Positions 1 to 10,068 are shown, counted from the stretch's first letter. The stretch: 43,073 nucleotides of DNA from Candidatus Woesearchaeota archaeon (GCA_016181275.1 JACOZQ010000009.1:1-43073); one strand, 5' to 3'. The notes: generated by a model not told the origin, from the sequence alone. Program-made: numbers and translations.

Positions 1-2
1 CT

Positions 3-3000
3 TCCAAGAATTAATGTGCTGGATTTTTTAAATGTCTTTTGATTCCAGTCAAAGCTGACATCGAAAGGAACTTCAGCATTTTCCTCTCCGATTATTTGGA
101 TTTTCCAAGCGACATCGCATCTATCTCCATATTTCATATTATTACATCCTGAGAATTCAATGTCATTCAGCTTAACAGTATCAGGATCTAATCCAAATAC
201 TTTTTGGAATAATGGCTTGTCTCCTCCGCAGCTGCTCCATTGAGCTACACTTCCAGGAATATTGCACTTGTCAAAGCAACTACAGCCGTCAACGTCATCG
301 CATTGCACATCGCATAAATCCAATTGCGTTCTCAAATTATCGCTCGGTCTGGAATACAAGCAGATCTCCTTGCTGTACTCTGAGCTGAATTTAGTCCAGT
401 CAGCAGAATCAATTTTTCCATTATTATCAAAGTCAGCTCTTGAATCAAAATTAGAATCTATTCCAGAATAAGTATTATATATAGTAGCAAAATAAACAAA
501 GTCAGAAAAGTCAATTACAGTATCCTGGTTAAAGTCAAAATTATTTATCTCGCTGCATCCTATTTGCTGTATTATTTGTGGCTGGCCGGGAACAGAGACA
601 GATTTGACAGTGACAGAGAATGCTGCTTCGCCAGATGCACCTCTTGAATCAGCAGCCCTAATTTTTATATTATAAACTCCAACATCTTTCTGGTACGCAC
701 CCCATCTTATGTTTCCAAAAGAATCCATGCTCATTCCGAAAGGAGCTTGAACTAAAGAATAAGATAAAGCATCATTATCAATATCATCAGCACTTGCTTT
801 AAATAATAAAACTTCTCCAGCAAATAATTCTTTGTTTGATATGCTTAAAGAAGGAGGATTATTAAGGACAGTTATAGCAAATCCTTTATCAGCTATTCCA
901 CCTCTTCCGTCGCTGGCTCTAACATTAACATTATGACTTCCTATTTGGCTGCTAGCTGATTTCCAGCTGATCAATCCATTGCTATTTATTGACATTCCAG
1001 CTGGAGCTTGTAACAAAGAATAAGCTAAAACATCGCCATCAGGATCACTGGCAGGAACTTGATAATTAAAATTGCTTTGAGCATTTATCTGCTGATTTGC
1101 TATGCTTGAGATTGTTGGATTATTATTGCATGCCTGTGTATTGCAGTTTTGAGTTTCAGTAGCAGCTCCAATACAGCTGGCTCCGCCGCAATAAGGAGCA
1201 GGGTTGTTGCATGTTCTAGCTCTAGTCTGAGTTCCTCCGCCGCAAGAAGCAGAGCACGAGCTCCATGAGCTCCAAGCATTCCAGCCGCCATTAACACTAA
1301 GTCCTTCATCAGTTTGTGCATTGCAATTGTCATCTATATTGTTGCATGTTTCAGTAGCACCTGGTTTAATATTGGCATTGGAATCAGAGCAGTCAAGATT
1401 ATTGCTTGAGTAACCAGCTGGCTGTGTGCATGCTTGAATCGCCGTTGATGATCCATATCCATCATTGTCCAGGTCTTTGTAATAAGTATTTTGAGCACAT
1501 AAAACAGTAAAAGTAAATCCTCTTCCAACATTGACTTTTGAATCAGAAACAGTAACTAAAATGCTATAAGCTCCAACCTGGCTGCTTGTTGGTGTGAAAG
1601 TTATCAAGCCATTATTATTAATAGACATGCCAGCAGGATTCTGTGATAAAGAATAGCTCAAAATATTTCCATCAGGGTCGCTAGCTTGAACTTGATAGCT
1701 AAAAAGATTTTTCTCTGTGACTTGTTGATTTGGAATGCTTGAAACAACAGGAGGATTATTTGGCGGTGGATTTACTATTATCGTAAAGCTGGTTTGAGAA
1801 TTTCCACCTCTTCCGTCGCTGACTTTTACAGTAGCAGTATGGCTTCCTAACTGGCTTGATGAAGGAATCCAGACAATGTTCCCGCCACCTCCAATAGTCA
1901 TTCCAGCTGGAGCCGATACTAAAGAATAACTCAACAAGTCTAAATCAGGATCTGAGCCAGTTGCAGTCAAGCTGAATGCGCTGTTCAAAGTTACCTCTTT
2001 ATTAGCAATCGGATTTATGCTTGGATTTCTATTGCATAAAGGCCTGTCATACTCGACAGCAAAAGCAACAAAGTCAGAAAAATCAACAACGCTGTTAGAA
2101 TTGAGATCATATCTTGTTTGATATCCTGCATCTGCAGAAGTTTTTCCAAAAGCAGCAGAAAATAAATTCCAATCATCAATGTCAATTCTTTTATCATTGT
2201 CATAATCCAAATTTCTATTTTCGGTGCATCCAGAAGCAGCTTTGGAAGCAGGAGCAGAAAGTGTACTGACAGTTATACTAAAGCTAGCTTGAGTTGCTCC
2301 TCCTTTATTATCATCAACGCTAACAGTAACACTATAGCTTCCGGCTTGACTTGTAGATGGTGTCCAGCTGATCAATCCTGCACTTGTCATCAACATGCCA
2401 CCAGGAGCCTGTGTTAAAGAATAAGAAACAGGATCATTATTAGGATCGCTGGCAGAAACTTGATAGCTAAACGGTTGACCGATAGTAATAGCTTGATTGC
2501 TAATCGTGTTTATAACAGGATTGCTGTTGCACGTTTGCGTATTGCAGCTCTGTGTTTCATAACTAGGTCCAGAACACTCAGCACCTCCGCACGCAGGAGC
2601 AGGATTGTTGCATGTCCTTGTTCTGCTTTGAGTTCCTCCGCCGCAAGAAGCAGAGCACGAGCTCCATGAGCTCCAAGCATTCCAGCCGCCATCAGTAGGA
2701 TAGCAAGTCGGCAAACAACTCCCATCTCCATAACAGCCGGCGCTACAATATGAATTAGTACCAACCCATTCATAGCAAGGATCTGAATCCCCATCAGTTC
2801 TGCAGTCAAATTGTTGCCAATAATCAGAATAATAGCCAGTTCCATATCTGCATTCTCTTCCTCCACCAGTGCATTCATTAGAGCAAGTAGTAACACATAA
2901 AGGGCTGTTAGATTCTTTTACTCTCCAGTAAATTGTTTTTTCTGCACTTACATAGCACCACTCAACCCAATTACTACTGCTGCATTTTCCATTCCCCATC

Positions 3001-3104
3001 CACACTCCATCGCTACAACCATTTGCTTGAGCTGGAGTCTCTGGGAAATCAACTATTGAAAAAAGAGAAATTACAAAGAAAATGAAAAATATTTTTAGTT
3101 TCAT
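3..3104 (-). CDS. Large secreted multidomain surface protein/adhesin, partial (3' end off window): signal peptide, Cys-rich N-terminus, 2 thrombospondin type-1 repeats, 5 cadherin/He_PIG-like domains, 2 dockerin-like domains, 1 MopE-like metal-binding motif
   Basis: Not in the ORF track because there is no stop in the window. Manual translation from ATG 3104 (ATGA overlap with the upstream stop) starts [27 protein letters not shown] and stays open to the window edge. TSP1: [55 protein letters not shown]. Ig/cadherin-like: [36 protein letters not shown]. Dockerin-like: [14 protein letters not shown]. MopE-like: [11 protein letters not shown]...[25 protein letters not shown]. Confidence 0.9.
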   Translation of the reverse strand, partial: MKLKIFFIFFVISLFSIVDFPETPAQANGCSDGVWMGNGKCSSSNWVEWCYVSAEKTIYWRVKESNSPLCVTTCSNECTGGGRECRYGTGYYSDYWQQFDCRTDGDSDPCYEWVGTNSYCSAGCYGDGSCLPTCYPTDGGWNAWSSWSSCSASCGGGTQSRTRTCNNPAPACGGAECSGPSYETQSCNTQTCNSNPVINTISNQAITIGQPFSYQVSASDPNNDPVSYSLTQAPGGMLMTSAGLISWTPSTSQAGSYSVTVSVDDNKGGATQASFSITVSTLSAPASKAASGCTENRNLDYDNDKRIDIDDWNLFSAAFGKTSADAGYQTRYDLNSNSVVDFSDFVAFAVEYDRPLCNRNPSINPIANKEVTLNSAFSLTATGSDPDLDLLSYSLVSAPAGMTIGGGGNIVWIPSSSQLGSHTATVKVSDGRGGNSQTSFTIIVNPPPNNPPVVSSIPNQQVTEKNLFSYQVQASDPDGNILSYSLSQNPAGMSINNNGLITFTPTSSQVGAYSILVTVSDSKVNVGRGFTFTVLCAQNTYYKDLDNDGYGSSTAIQACTQPAGYSSNNLDCSDSNANIKPGATETCNNIDDNCNAQTDEGLSVNGGWNAWSSWSSCSASCGGGTQTRARTCNNPAPYCGGASCIGAATETQNCNTQACNNNPTISSIANQQINAQSNFNYQVPASDPDGDVLAYSLLQAPAGMSINSNGLISWKSASSQIGSHNVNVRASDGRGGIADKGFAITVLNNPPSLSISNKELFAGEVLLFKASADDIDNDALSYSLVQAPFGMSMDSFGNIRWGAYQKDVGVYNIKIRAADSRGASGEAAFSVTVKSVSVPGQPQIIQQIGCSEINNFDFNQDTVIDFSDFVYFATIYNTYSGIDSNFDSRADFDNNGKIDSADWTKFSSEYSKEICLYSRPSDNLRTQLDLCDVQCDDVDGCSCFDKCNIPGSVAQWSSCGGDKPLFQKVFGLDPDTVKLNDIEFSGCNNMKYGDRCDVAWKIQIIGEENAEVPFDVSFDWNQKTFKKSSTLILG
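1228..1291. repeat. 64-nt exact direct repeat within the C-terminal TSP1 domain
   Basis: Identical to 2629-2692; offset 1401 nt, in frame. Confidence 0.9.
2629..2692. repeat. 64-nt exact direct repeat within the N-terminal TSP1 domain
   Basis: Identical to 1228-1291. Confidence 0.9.
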
Positions 3105-3457
3105 AATTTTTGGCATTCCTCCCTTAAGAAGTCATTTATAATTTTATCGCATAAATCTAAATTTCCTTTTTTTGCATTTTCAAAGTAATAATTATCTTCG
3201 CATAATTGTTTTGATTCCTGCTCAAAATTTTCGCAGAGCTCAATGTTTTCAGCAGAATTTCTTAATAATTGGTTCTCAGAAAAAGAAAGATCATCAGATT
3301 CATCAGGAGAAAAGCTTCCAAAGCAAATTTTCTCTCCATCAACGTCAGCATAATTTTCGCATTTCTCAACAGCAGCATTTCTCTCACAGCCCTGTCCAGT
3401 TACAAATACTAAAGTAATAAAGATTGCAAATATCCAAAATTTATTTTTTATTTTCAT
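3101..3457 (-). CDS. Small secreted Cys-rich protein, possible lipoprotein
   Basis: Signal peptide ending VTGQGC, Cys-rich repeats ([16 protein letters not shown]), ATGA overlaps at both ends. Confidence 0.75.
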   Translation of the reverse strand: MKIKNKFWIFAIFITLVFVTGQGCERNAAVEKCENYADVDGEKICFGSFSPDESDDLSFSENQLLRNSAENIELCENFEQESKQLCEDNYYFENAKKGNLDLCDKIINDFLREECQKL

Positions 3458-4848
3458 TTTATATTAATATCAACATTCCCGCAGCCATTAGCATCTTGGC
3501 ACACAAATCCCGCGACAACAGCAATATCAACCCCGCTGGGAACTTCAATTCTCTGCCCAGCATCGTATCCGTAAATTATAACAGCAGGATCACATGTATT
3601 TATCGGAGGATTATTCTCGTCAGCAACCCATCGTCCGAGCTCATTGCAAACTTCCTCTCCTCTAATGCATATTCCGCTTCCAGTTCTTCTCTGGCCTAAT
3701 CTGCATTGGCAGCCAATTTCATCAATTTCATTATTGCAGTTGTTATCAATGCCGTCGCAGATCTCATTCATCCCAGGATTAATATTGGCATTGTCATCTC
3801 TGCAGTCGTCAACTTTATACCCGGCAAGCAGGCATAAATTATTTGATGCATAATTATCCAAGTCCTTGTCGCAAAAGCTGTCGCATCTCAAATCAGCAAT
3901 GCCGTCGCAGTTATTGTCTATATTATCATATCCAGTTTCAGCTTCGCAACTTTCAGTAGCAGCAGGATTAATATTTTCATTTGCATCATTGCAGTCAATT
4001 CCACCAGTGAAAATAATATCATCATAGCCATCCCCATCTTTATCAAATTCATTTGCCAGTAAAGTGCATTCGCAGTAGCTCGAAAATAATGGATCATAAT
4101 CCTTTGGAAAAACATTTTCTTCAACAAGGCCGAAAACAGAATTAGAGCAGATCCCGCTACCGATTTTTTTAGAATATCCCGGATAGTTGCATCCCAGCTG
4201 CTCTTGCAAAATTATTTCCTGCTCACCTTCTTCAATAATGATCTCTTCTTCAAATCTTTCTTCTCCGGCTGAAACACACTCTCCGATTTTGCCTTTGCAT
4301 TCTTCCAAGTTTTCATTGGTGCAGCAAATCTGATTATTGCTTGGGCATCCGCAAAATCCAGGATATGAACAGCTGCTGATAATCTCTCCTTCCGAGCAAT
4401 AATAAGGTCTGTCAGCAATATTGTTTGTAACAAATCCAGCACATTGATTGTTTTTAATTAACGTCCCATTATAATCGCAGCTCAGCAGATAATCTTGGCT
4501 CAAAGTAAAATCTTTTCTGACAGCATTTTTCCTCTCAGCATCCCAGATTACAAAGTAATAATCTCCAGGCTCAAAAATTCCAGTTCCAATCTGGCTGAAT
4601 GCTATTCTTGCCTCGCAATTAGCCACATTATTACAATTTAAAGGTACAGTTCCAATAAATCTCTGAATTGGATCAGCTCCCTCAAAGTATTTTCCTTTGT
4701 AAAATTCGACATTGTCGCTATATCCTTTATCGGAAATCTTAATCAAAATTCCTCCTTTAATGAATGAAAAATTAACTGAGAAATTAACCTGAGCTAAAGA
4801 AAGCGGTACGATTAGCAAAATTAAAATTAAAATCAGTTTCTTATACAA
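3454..4848 (-). CDS. Secreted Cys-rich surface protein with MopE-like (putative metal-binding) repeats
   Basis: DKDGDGY...DCNDANENINPAATESCE...DNNCDG and DCRDDNANINPGMNEICDGIDNNCN repeats. Start moved to TTG 4848, behind the SD-like GAGGTGG and directly before a signal peptide (track start 4935). Confidence 0.8.
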   Translation of the reverse strand: MYKKLILILILLIVPLSLAQVNFSVNFSFIKGGILIKISDKGYSDNVEFYKGKYFEGADPIQRFIGTVPLNCNNVANCEARIAFSQIGTGIFEPGDYYFVIWDAERKNAVRKDFTLSQDYLLSCDYNGTLIKNNQCAGFVTNNIADRPYYCSEGEIISSCSYPGFCGCPSNNQICCTNENLEECKGKIGECVSAGEERFEEEIIIEEGEQEIILQEQLGCNYPGYSKKIGSGICSNSVFGLVEENVFPKDYDPLFSSYCECTLLANEFDKDGDGYDDIIFTGGIDCNDANENINPAATESCEAETGYDNIDNNCDGIADLRCDSFCDKDLDNYASNNLCLLAGYKVDDCRDDNANINPGMNEICDGIDNNCNNEIDEIGCQCRLGQRRTGSGICIRGEEVCNELGRWVADENNPPINTCDPAVIIYGYDAGQRIEVPSGVDIAVVAGFVCQDANGCGNVDINIK

Positions 4849-4988
4849 AATCCCACCTCTATTTTTATCATAAAGATTGCAACCTTCAGATAAATTTATA
4901 CATATTATATCATATAAAAAACTTTCTAATATCACCGCAAGTTAGCAAAGAATGCAGGTAAAAGATATTTAAGCTTAAAAAAATAAAA

Positions 4989-5528
4989 TCACTGAACTTG
5001 CTCTCTCAAACAATTTCTCACTTCAATTATTTTTTTCAGCTCATTGCAAAAATTAGCTCCCTTTGAAGTTTCAACTTTTGGAACAACCTCGATCTTTTTA
5101 ATTTCCCTGTACCATCTCTCTTCAGAATCTTCTTCAGCTTTTTCTTCTGGGCGGGCAACTCCGATTTCCTTAACTTCATAAGCATTCAATCTAGTTCCGT
5201 ATAGAAAAGTGCCAACTTCGCTTCCTTCATCGAATAAAACACTGACTACAAAATTTTCCTTGAAGTCAATATTCTTCTCATTTCTCACTCTAACAAGGAT
5301 TGCATTTTTTATTTTATCAGGTCCACTGTCAGAAGGATTGCAGTAGGCATCCTCAATAAAGAATTTTACCTCGTTGCAGCTTGAAAATCTTTCGAATGAT
5401 TCCTGTCCTTTTTCCAGACTTTTTTCAATTGATTTTCTCGAGAAGCTTACTAAAACACTTGTCAAGGCAACAACCAAGACAATCAACAAAACTGTGGATA
5501 TTATCGGCGAGATTCCTTTCTTTTCCAT
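4989..5528 (-). CDS. Archaeal type IV pilin-like protein (class III signal peptide)
   Basis: MEKKG|ISPIISTVLLIVLVVAL prepilin motif. Confidence 0.85.
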   Translation of the reverse strand: MEKKGISPIISTVLLIVLVVALTSVLVSFSRKSIEKSLEKGQESFERFSSCNEVKFFIEDAYCNPSDSGPDKIKNAILVRVRNEKNIDFKENFVVSVLFDEGSEVGTFLYGTRLNAYEVKEIGVARPEEKAEEDSEERWYREIKKIEVVPKVETSKGANFCNELKKIIEVRNCLREQVQ

Positions 5529-5567
5529 GACAATCTTTAAAAGTCTTTAATATTTAATAGTTTTCAT

Positions 5568-5642
5568 GGGCCTATAGTTTAGTCTGGATAAAACATTCGG
5601 CTTCGGACCGAAAGATCTGGGGTTCAAATCCTCATAGGCTCG
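5568..5642 (+). tRNA. tRNA-Arg(TCG)
   Basis: Acceptor GGGCCTA/TAGGCTC, anticodon arm TTCGG-CTTCGGA-CCGAA, T-arm GGTTCAAATCC; CCA not encoded. Confidence 0.93.
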
Positions 5643-5831
5643 ATTTAATTTTATAAAATCTTTCTAAACAAATAATCTATGAGGAATAACAATAAATGGA
5701 AAAATACATTTCATAATTAGCTTCAGAATATAATTGGAAAGAAATAGAGATGTTCAAACCTTTACTTGGATTGATGAGAATTCGGAGAGATTATAGAAAT
5801 AATTAAAAACTTGATAAATCACAATTTATAT

Positions 5832-5873
5832 TAAAATGGCAGAAGAGACTCAAGAAGCAATAACTGTAAAAAA
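5832..5873 (+). repeat. Duplicated 5' end of proS (42-nt direct repeat with 6519-6560, 2 mismatches)
   Basis: TAAAATGGCAGAAGAGACTCAAGAAGCAATAACTGTAAAAAA vs TAAAATGGCAAAAGAAACTCAAGAAGCAATAACTGTAAAAAA. Encodes MAEETQEAITVKK vs MAKETQEAITVKK. Confidence 0.9.
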
Positions 5874-5905
5874 GATTTATAAATAATGAAAATTATGCAA
5901 ATAAT

Positions 5906-6103
5906 ATGATATTTAACATACAGGATTACAAGGAAAATTTGGAAGTGTTTGAAAAAAGAATAGAATTATTAATTGGAAGTAAGTTGAAATTAAATAATAA
6001 AATTATAAATGCAGTTGCAGTGCAAGATGCAGCGAGATCAAAAATAAAAGGATGGGATGGCACAAAAGAAATCAGAAAATGGAGAGAAAGAAAAGCAAGC
6101 TAA
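5906..6103 (+). CDS. vapB: Putative VapB-type antitoxin
   Basis: 65 aa, overlaps the downstream PIN gene; C-terminal WDGTKEIRKWR resembles archaeal VapB tails. Confidence 0.6.
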   Translation: MIFNIQDYKENLEVFEKRIELLIGSKLKLNNKIINAVAVQDAARSKIKGWDGTKEIRKWRERKAS

Positions 6104-6521
6104 TAATCTTGTCATCGATAGTTCTGTTGTAATCAAGTGGTTTTCTGATGAAGAAGATACAAAAAAGGCATTAAAAATAAGAGAGGATTTCTTGAATGGA
6201 AAAAATATAATTGCTGTGCCAGATATACAAATCTATGAAATAGCTAATGCATTAAGGTATAATAAACATATCACAAAAGAAGAAGTTATAAAATACGCAG
6301 ACAGTTTAATTGATATAGGCATAATTATTGTAATCCCAACAGCAGAAATAATAAAATCCTCAATAGAAATTGCTTTTGAGTATAATATTACAATTTATGA
6401 TGCGTGCTTCATATCACTAGCAAAAGATTTAAACTTTGATTTCATAACAGCTGATGAAAAGCTTTATCAAAAAATAGAAACATTAAAATTTGCTAGACTA
6501 TTAAATAATTTAAAAATATAA
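6057..6521 (+). CDS. vapC: PIN-domain VapC toxin
   Basis: VIDSSVVIKWF, EIANAL, IYDACFISLA, ITADEKL PIN motifs. Confidence 0.9.
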   Translation: MAQKKSENGEKEKQANNLVIDSSVVIKWFSDEEDTKKALKIREDFLNGKNIIAVPDIQIYEIANALRYNKHITKEEVIKYADSLIDIGIIIVIPTAEIIKSSIEIAFEYNITIYDACFISLAKDLNFDFITADEKLYQKIETLKFARLLNNLKI

Positions 6522-6522
6522 A

Positions 6523-7950
6523 ATGGCAAAAGAAACTCAAGAAGCAATAACTGTAAAAAAATCAGAAGACTTTTCAGAATGGTACCAGCAGGTAGTTCAA
6601 AAAGCAGAGTTGGCAGATTATTCAACAGTAAAAGGATGTATGATTATTAGACCAAATGCTTATTATATATGGCAGCAGATCCAGGATTATTTCAATAAAA
6701 GATTAAAGTCTTTAAAAGTAAAAAATGCTTACTTCCCATTATTTATTCCAGAAAAATTTTTCCAAAAAGAAGCAGAACATGCTCAAGGCTTCAAGCCAGA
6801 AGTTGCTTGGATTGCAAATACGGAAGAAGGAGAAAGATTAGCAATACGCCCGACTTCAGAAACAGTAATGTATGATTCTTATTCGAAGTGGATTAGAAGT
6901 CATAAAGACTTGCCTTTAAGAATTAACCAATGGGTGAATATTGTAAGATGGGAGACAAAAGCAACTCGTTTGTTTATTCGTACTAGAGAATTTTTATGGC
7001 AGGAAGGTCATTGTGTTTATGAGACAGAAAAAGAATGCGACAAAGAAACTCTAATTTTTTTAAGAGAATATGAAAAACTCTGTAAAGAATTATTAGCATT
7101 GCCAGTTATAACAGGAAAAAAATCTGAAAAAGAAAAGTTTGCGGGAGCTCATTACACATTAAGTATAGAATCAATCATGCCCGACGGAAAAGCTTTGCAG
7201 ATGGGAACATCGCATAATCTAGGACAAGGATTTGCAAGATCATTTAAAATTAATTTCTTGGGAAAAGATGGAAAGGAGCACATGCCATGGCAGAATTCTT
7301 GGGGAGTGACAACAAGATTAATTGGAGCTCTAGCAATGATGCATGGCGACGATAAAGGATTGATTCTGCCTCCAAAAGTAGCAATCCATAAAATTGTCCT
7401 CGTTCCTATCTTATTTAAAGACTCTCAAGAAAAAGTTCTAAAGAAGGCTAAAGAGTTGGAAAAAAAATTAAAAAAATATGATTGCTTGCTCGATGATAGG
7501 GGGGGATATTCGGCAGGTTGGAAATTCAATGAATGGGAAGTAAAGGGAATTCCGATAAGGATTGAGCTCGGTCCGAGAGATTTGCAAAAAAATCAAGTTG
7601 TTTTGATAAGAAGGGACACAAATCACAAGAAGGAAGTTAAGATTTCTCAGCTTGATAAAGCAATAAAAAAAACTTTGGAAGATATTCATAATAATTTATA
7701 TGAAAAAGCAAGAAAAGAATTAGAATCAAAGGTTGTTGAAGTCGATAATCTAGTAGATTTTAGAAAAGCAATAAAGGGAGATAAATTGGTAAAAGTTTTT
7801 TGGTGTGGTTCTCGTGATTCAGAAGAAGAATTAAAAGAGCTTGCGGAAGGAGCTAAAAGCATCAACTCTCCATTCGATCAAAACAAAAAAGGAAAATGCT
7901 TCCACTGCAATAAAGAATCAAATTACTGGTATTTTGCTAAAAGTTACTAA
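6523..7950 (+). CDS. proS: Proline--tRNA ligase, archaeal/eukaryotic type
   Basis: FSEWYQQV, IRPTSET, VRWE, RTREFLWQEGH, GTSHNLGQ, C-terminal AKSY. Confidence 0.97.
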   Translation: MAKETQEAITVKKSEDFSEWYQQVVQKAELADYSTVKGCMIIRPNAYYIWQQIQDYFNKRLKSLKVKNAYFPLFIPEKFFQKEAEHAQGFKPEVAWIANTEEGERLAIRPTSETVMYDSYSKWIRSHKDLPLRINQWVNIVRWETKATRLFIRTREFLWQEGHCVYETEKECDKETLIFLREYEKLCKELLALPVITGKKSEKEKFAGAHYTLSIESIMPDGKALQMGTSHNLGQGFARSFKINFLGKDGKEHMPWQNSWGVTTRLIGALAMMHGDDKGLILPPKVAIHKIVLVPILFKDSQEKVLKKAKELEKKLKKYDCLLDDRGGYSAGWKFNEWEVKGIPIRIELGPRDLQKNQVVLIRRDTNHKKEVKISQLDKAIKKTLEDIHNNLYEKARKELESKVVEVDNLVDFRKAIKGDKLVKVFWCGSRDSEEELKELAEGAKSINSPFDQNKKGKCFHCNKESNYWYFAKSY

Positions 7951-8641
7951 ATGCATTATTCTCTCTTTCTTGTCCAATAGTTGTACTAGGCCCATGACCA
8001 GGAAAAATCCACAAATTTTTATTCAAAGAAAGAATTTTTTTAAAACTTTCAAGTAATTTTTTATAAGAAAAATTCCCACCACCCAAAGATCCGGCAAAAA
8101 TTAAATCTCCTGAAAACAAAAAATCTTCAACTAAAAATGTTACAGAATCGGCAGTATGTCCGGGGGTTGAAATTCTTTTTATACTGTATCCAAGAAAATT
8201 AATTTTATTTTTCTTCTCGACTTTTATTTTAAGTTTATCTTCGATTTTTCCAAGGCCATCAGTGTGATCATCATGTCCATGTGTTAATAAAATAAATTTC
8301 GCTTTCAATTTCAGTTCTTCAATTTTTTCAATTACAAAATCAGCATCTCCACAAGTGTCGATGATGGCGCATTTATTTCCTTTGACAAGCAGATAAGAAT
8401 TAACATTGCCTTTATAAAAAGGAACTTGTATTCTTTCCACTCTAAGCTCATTAGTTTTTCTGAAAAAATTATATTCTCTAGGATAATATTTCTTATCTCT
8501 GATGTTTTTCAAGGCTGTTAAATTTAAATTAAGTTCTTTGCAAATGTCTTCTATTTTTTCAGTTTTAATTTTTTTATTCGAACCCTTCATCGCTTTAGAT
8601 ATTATGTCTTCATAATTGTCTTCTAAATCCAACCCAACCAC
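7937..8641 (-). CDS. MBL-fold metallo-hydrolase (glyoxalase II-like)
   Basis: THGHDDH, PGHT, GDLIF, PGHG motifs. Confidence 0.9.
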   Translation of the reverse strand: MVGLDLEDNYEDIISKAMKGSNKKIKTEKIEDICKELNLNLTALKNIRDKKYYPREYNFFRKTNELRVERIQVPFYKGNVNSYLLVKGNKCAIIDTCGDADFVIEKIEELKLKAKFILLTHGHDDHTDGLGKIEDKLKIKVEKKNKINFLGYSIKRISTPGHTADSVTFLVEDFLFSGDLIFAGSLGGGNFSYKKLLESFKKILSLNKNLWIFPGHGPSTTIGQERENNAFSNF

Positions 8642-10068
8642 CTCAAAAGTTTTCTAAAAAGATTCTCTTTCTCAGGAAATTCGAATTCAGGCTCTTCAGG
8701 AATGACAGTAGCAGCATCCTCTTTTCCTTCAAGTTCTATCTCCTCATCAAGAATTTTAGCATCAGCATTTTTTCCATTTTCAAATTCATTAATTTCAATT
8801 TCAGCATTCTCCATTTCATAGAGCTCGAATTTATCGCCAATCAACAATTCATCTTTTGCCTCACTACCAAAGCTCTCAATAAGTTTAATTTCAGATTTAT
8901 AAGTAAAATCTCCATTGAGCTCGGGTACGCTTAAAATCCAGCTCAATTTTTTTTCTTCTCTGGGTTTTAGCAAGATTACTTTACTATTATCTCCAACTAT
9001 TCCAGGAGCATTGGTTATGTAAACAAGTGTAGATAAATAATAATTCTGCAAATTTTTAACCGAGACTTCAAGCGGAACCAAGCTACTTCCTCTGACTTTA
9101 TCATAAACTACATTAGCATCGAGCTCAATTAATGGAAAGATTTTATCTCCTCTTTCAATTATGCTTGTATTTAATTCGAGGTTTTTATTTTTTAATCCGA
9201 CTTTTACAGCCTTCCATGTATATTCAACGCTTGGTTCGTTAGACCCAACACTTTCAGCAAGTTTCACATGCCCAGTATCGACCCATCCGTACTGGCCGAA
9301 TGTTACATCAAATGGAATCCAGCCATATCCAGGGAAATAAACCTCAGCCCAAGCATGTGGAGCCCATCCCTCTTCAACAGCATCACTGTAAGCAATTCCT
9401 ACGACGTATCTAACAGGAATATTCATGCTTCTCATAAATGAAACAAACAAGTTGGTTATCTCATCACAAACACCATATCTATTCTCCAATACCCAGCTGC
9501 TTTTCTGTACAGCATCCTCTGTCAAAGTGCTCAAATTATATTCGACATTTGTCCTTACCCATTCAGCAATTTTAAAAGTGGTTTCATATAAAGTGTCGCT
9601 TCCAGCAGAAATTTCCAGTGCTTTCTCTCTGATAGCGGGAGTAATATCCGTAAACTCGCTTTCCTTTACATATTTTTTCAGTTCATTAGACAGCTCAAAG
9701 TTCACAAGAGGGACATCAGTTGGTATTTGAAATATCCTATTCCAGACTTTTACTTTAGCATCATATCCAAAGCTTAATTTTTCAAATTCATCATCCCATC
9801 TATAATCAATAGAGTTTCTTTGGACAATGCTTGCACTTGGATTATGTTCTAGCTTCAAATCGATCACGTCTTCTCTATAAGAACTCTTTGGAAAAAGTTT
9901 AAGGTCGGCAGAAAAATATTCCAATCTAGAATTTGAATTTTGAAAATCCAGCTCGACATCGCCGTCTATTCTTACTTCAACAATTTGAAAATCTAAGTCA
10001 CTCTGAGCAAAAACAATAGGAAAAAATAATAATACAATTAAAATAATGAAATTTTTTTTAAGAGACAT
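8623..10068 (-). CDS. Secreted transglutaminase-like (cysteine protease fold) protein
   Basis: Signal peptide; GVCDEITNLF, HAWAEVY, WIPFDVT give a Cys-His-Asp triad. Confidence 0.88.
   Translation of the reverse strand: MSLKKNFIILIVLLFFPIVFAQSDLDFQIVEVRIDGDVELDFQNSNSRLEYFSADLKLFPKSSYREDVIDLKLEHNPSASIVQRNSIDYRWDDEFEKLSFGYDAKVKVWNRIFQIPTDVPLVNFELSNELKKYVKESEFTDITPAIREKALEISAGSDTLYETTFKIAEWVRTNVEYNLSTLTEDAVQKSSWVLENRYGVCDEITNLFVSFMRSMNIPVRYVVGIAYSDAVEEGWAPHAWAEVYFPGYGWIPFDVTFGQYGWVDTGHVKLAESVGSNEPSVEYTWKAVKVGLKNKNLELNTSIIERGDKIFPLIELDANVVYDKVRGSSLVPLEVSVKNLQNYYLSTLVYITNAPGIVGDNSKVILLKPREEKKLSWILSVPELNGDFTYKSEIKLIESFGSEAKDELLIGDKFELYEMENAEIEINEFENGKNADAKILDEEIELEGKEDAATVIPEEPEFEFPEKENLFRKLLRWLGWI

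Noticed and set aside
1228..2692. TSP1 repeat pair as a diversity-generating retroelement TR/VR
   Set aside because: Both copies are in frame in one gene, the differences are not adenine-specific, and there is no reverse transcriptase in the window.
262..2896. Short track ORFs 262-471, 1100-1333, 1334-1531, 2015-2203, 2460-2669 and 2510-2896
   Set aside because: Alternative-frame or antisense shadows of the long minus-strand adhesin ORF starting at 3104.
5568..5830. tRNA-Arg(TCG) as the integration site of the vapBC cassette, and a possible gene remnant at ~5696-5806
   Set aside because: I found no duplicated tRNA 3' end; the flanking repeat is the proS start. The remnant reading (MEKYIS*LASEYNWKEIE...) is too short to assign.
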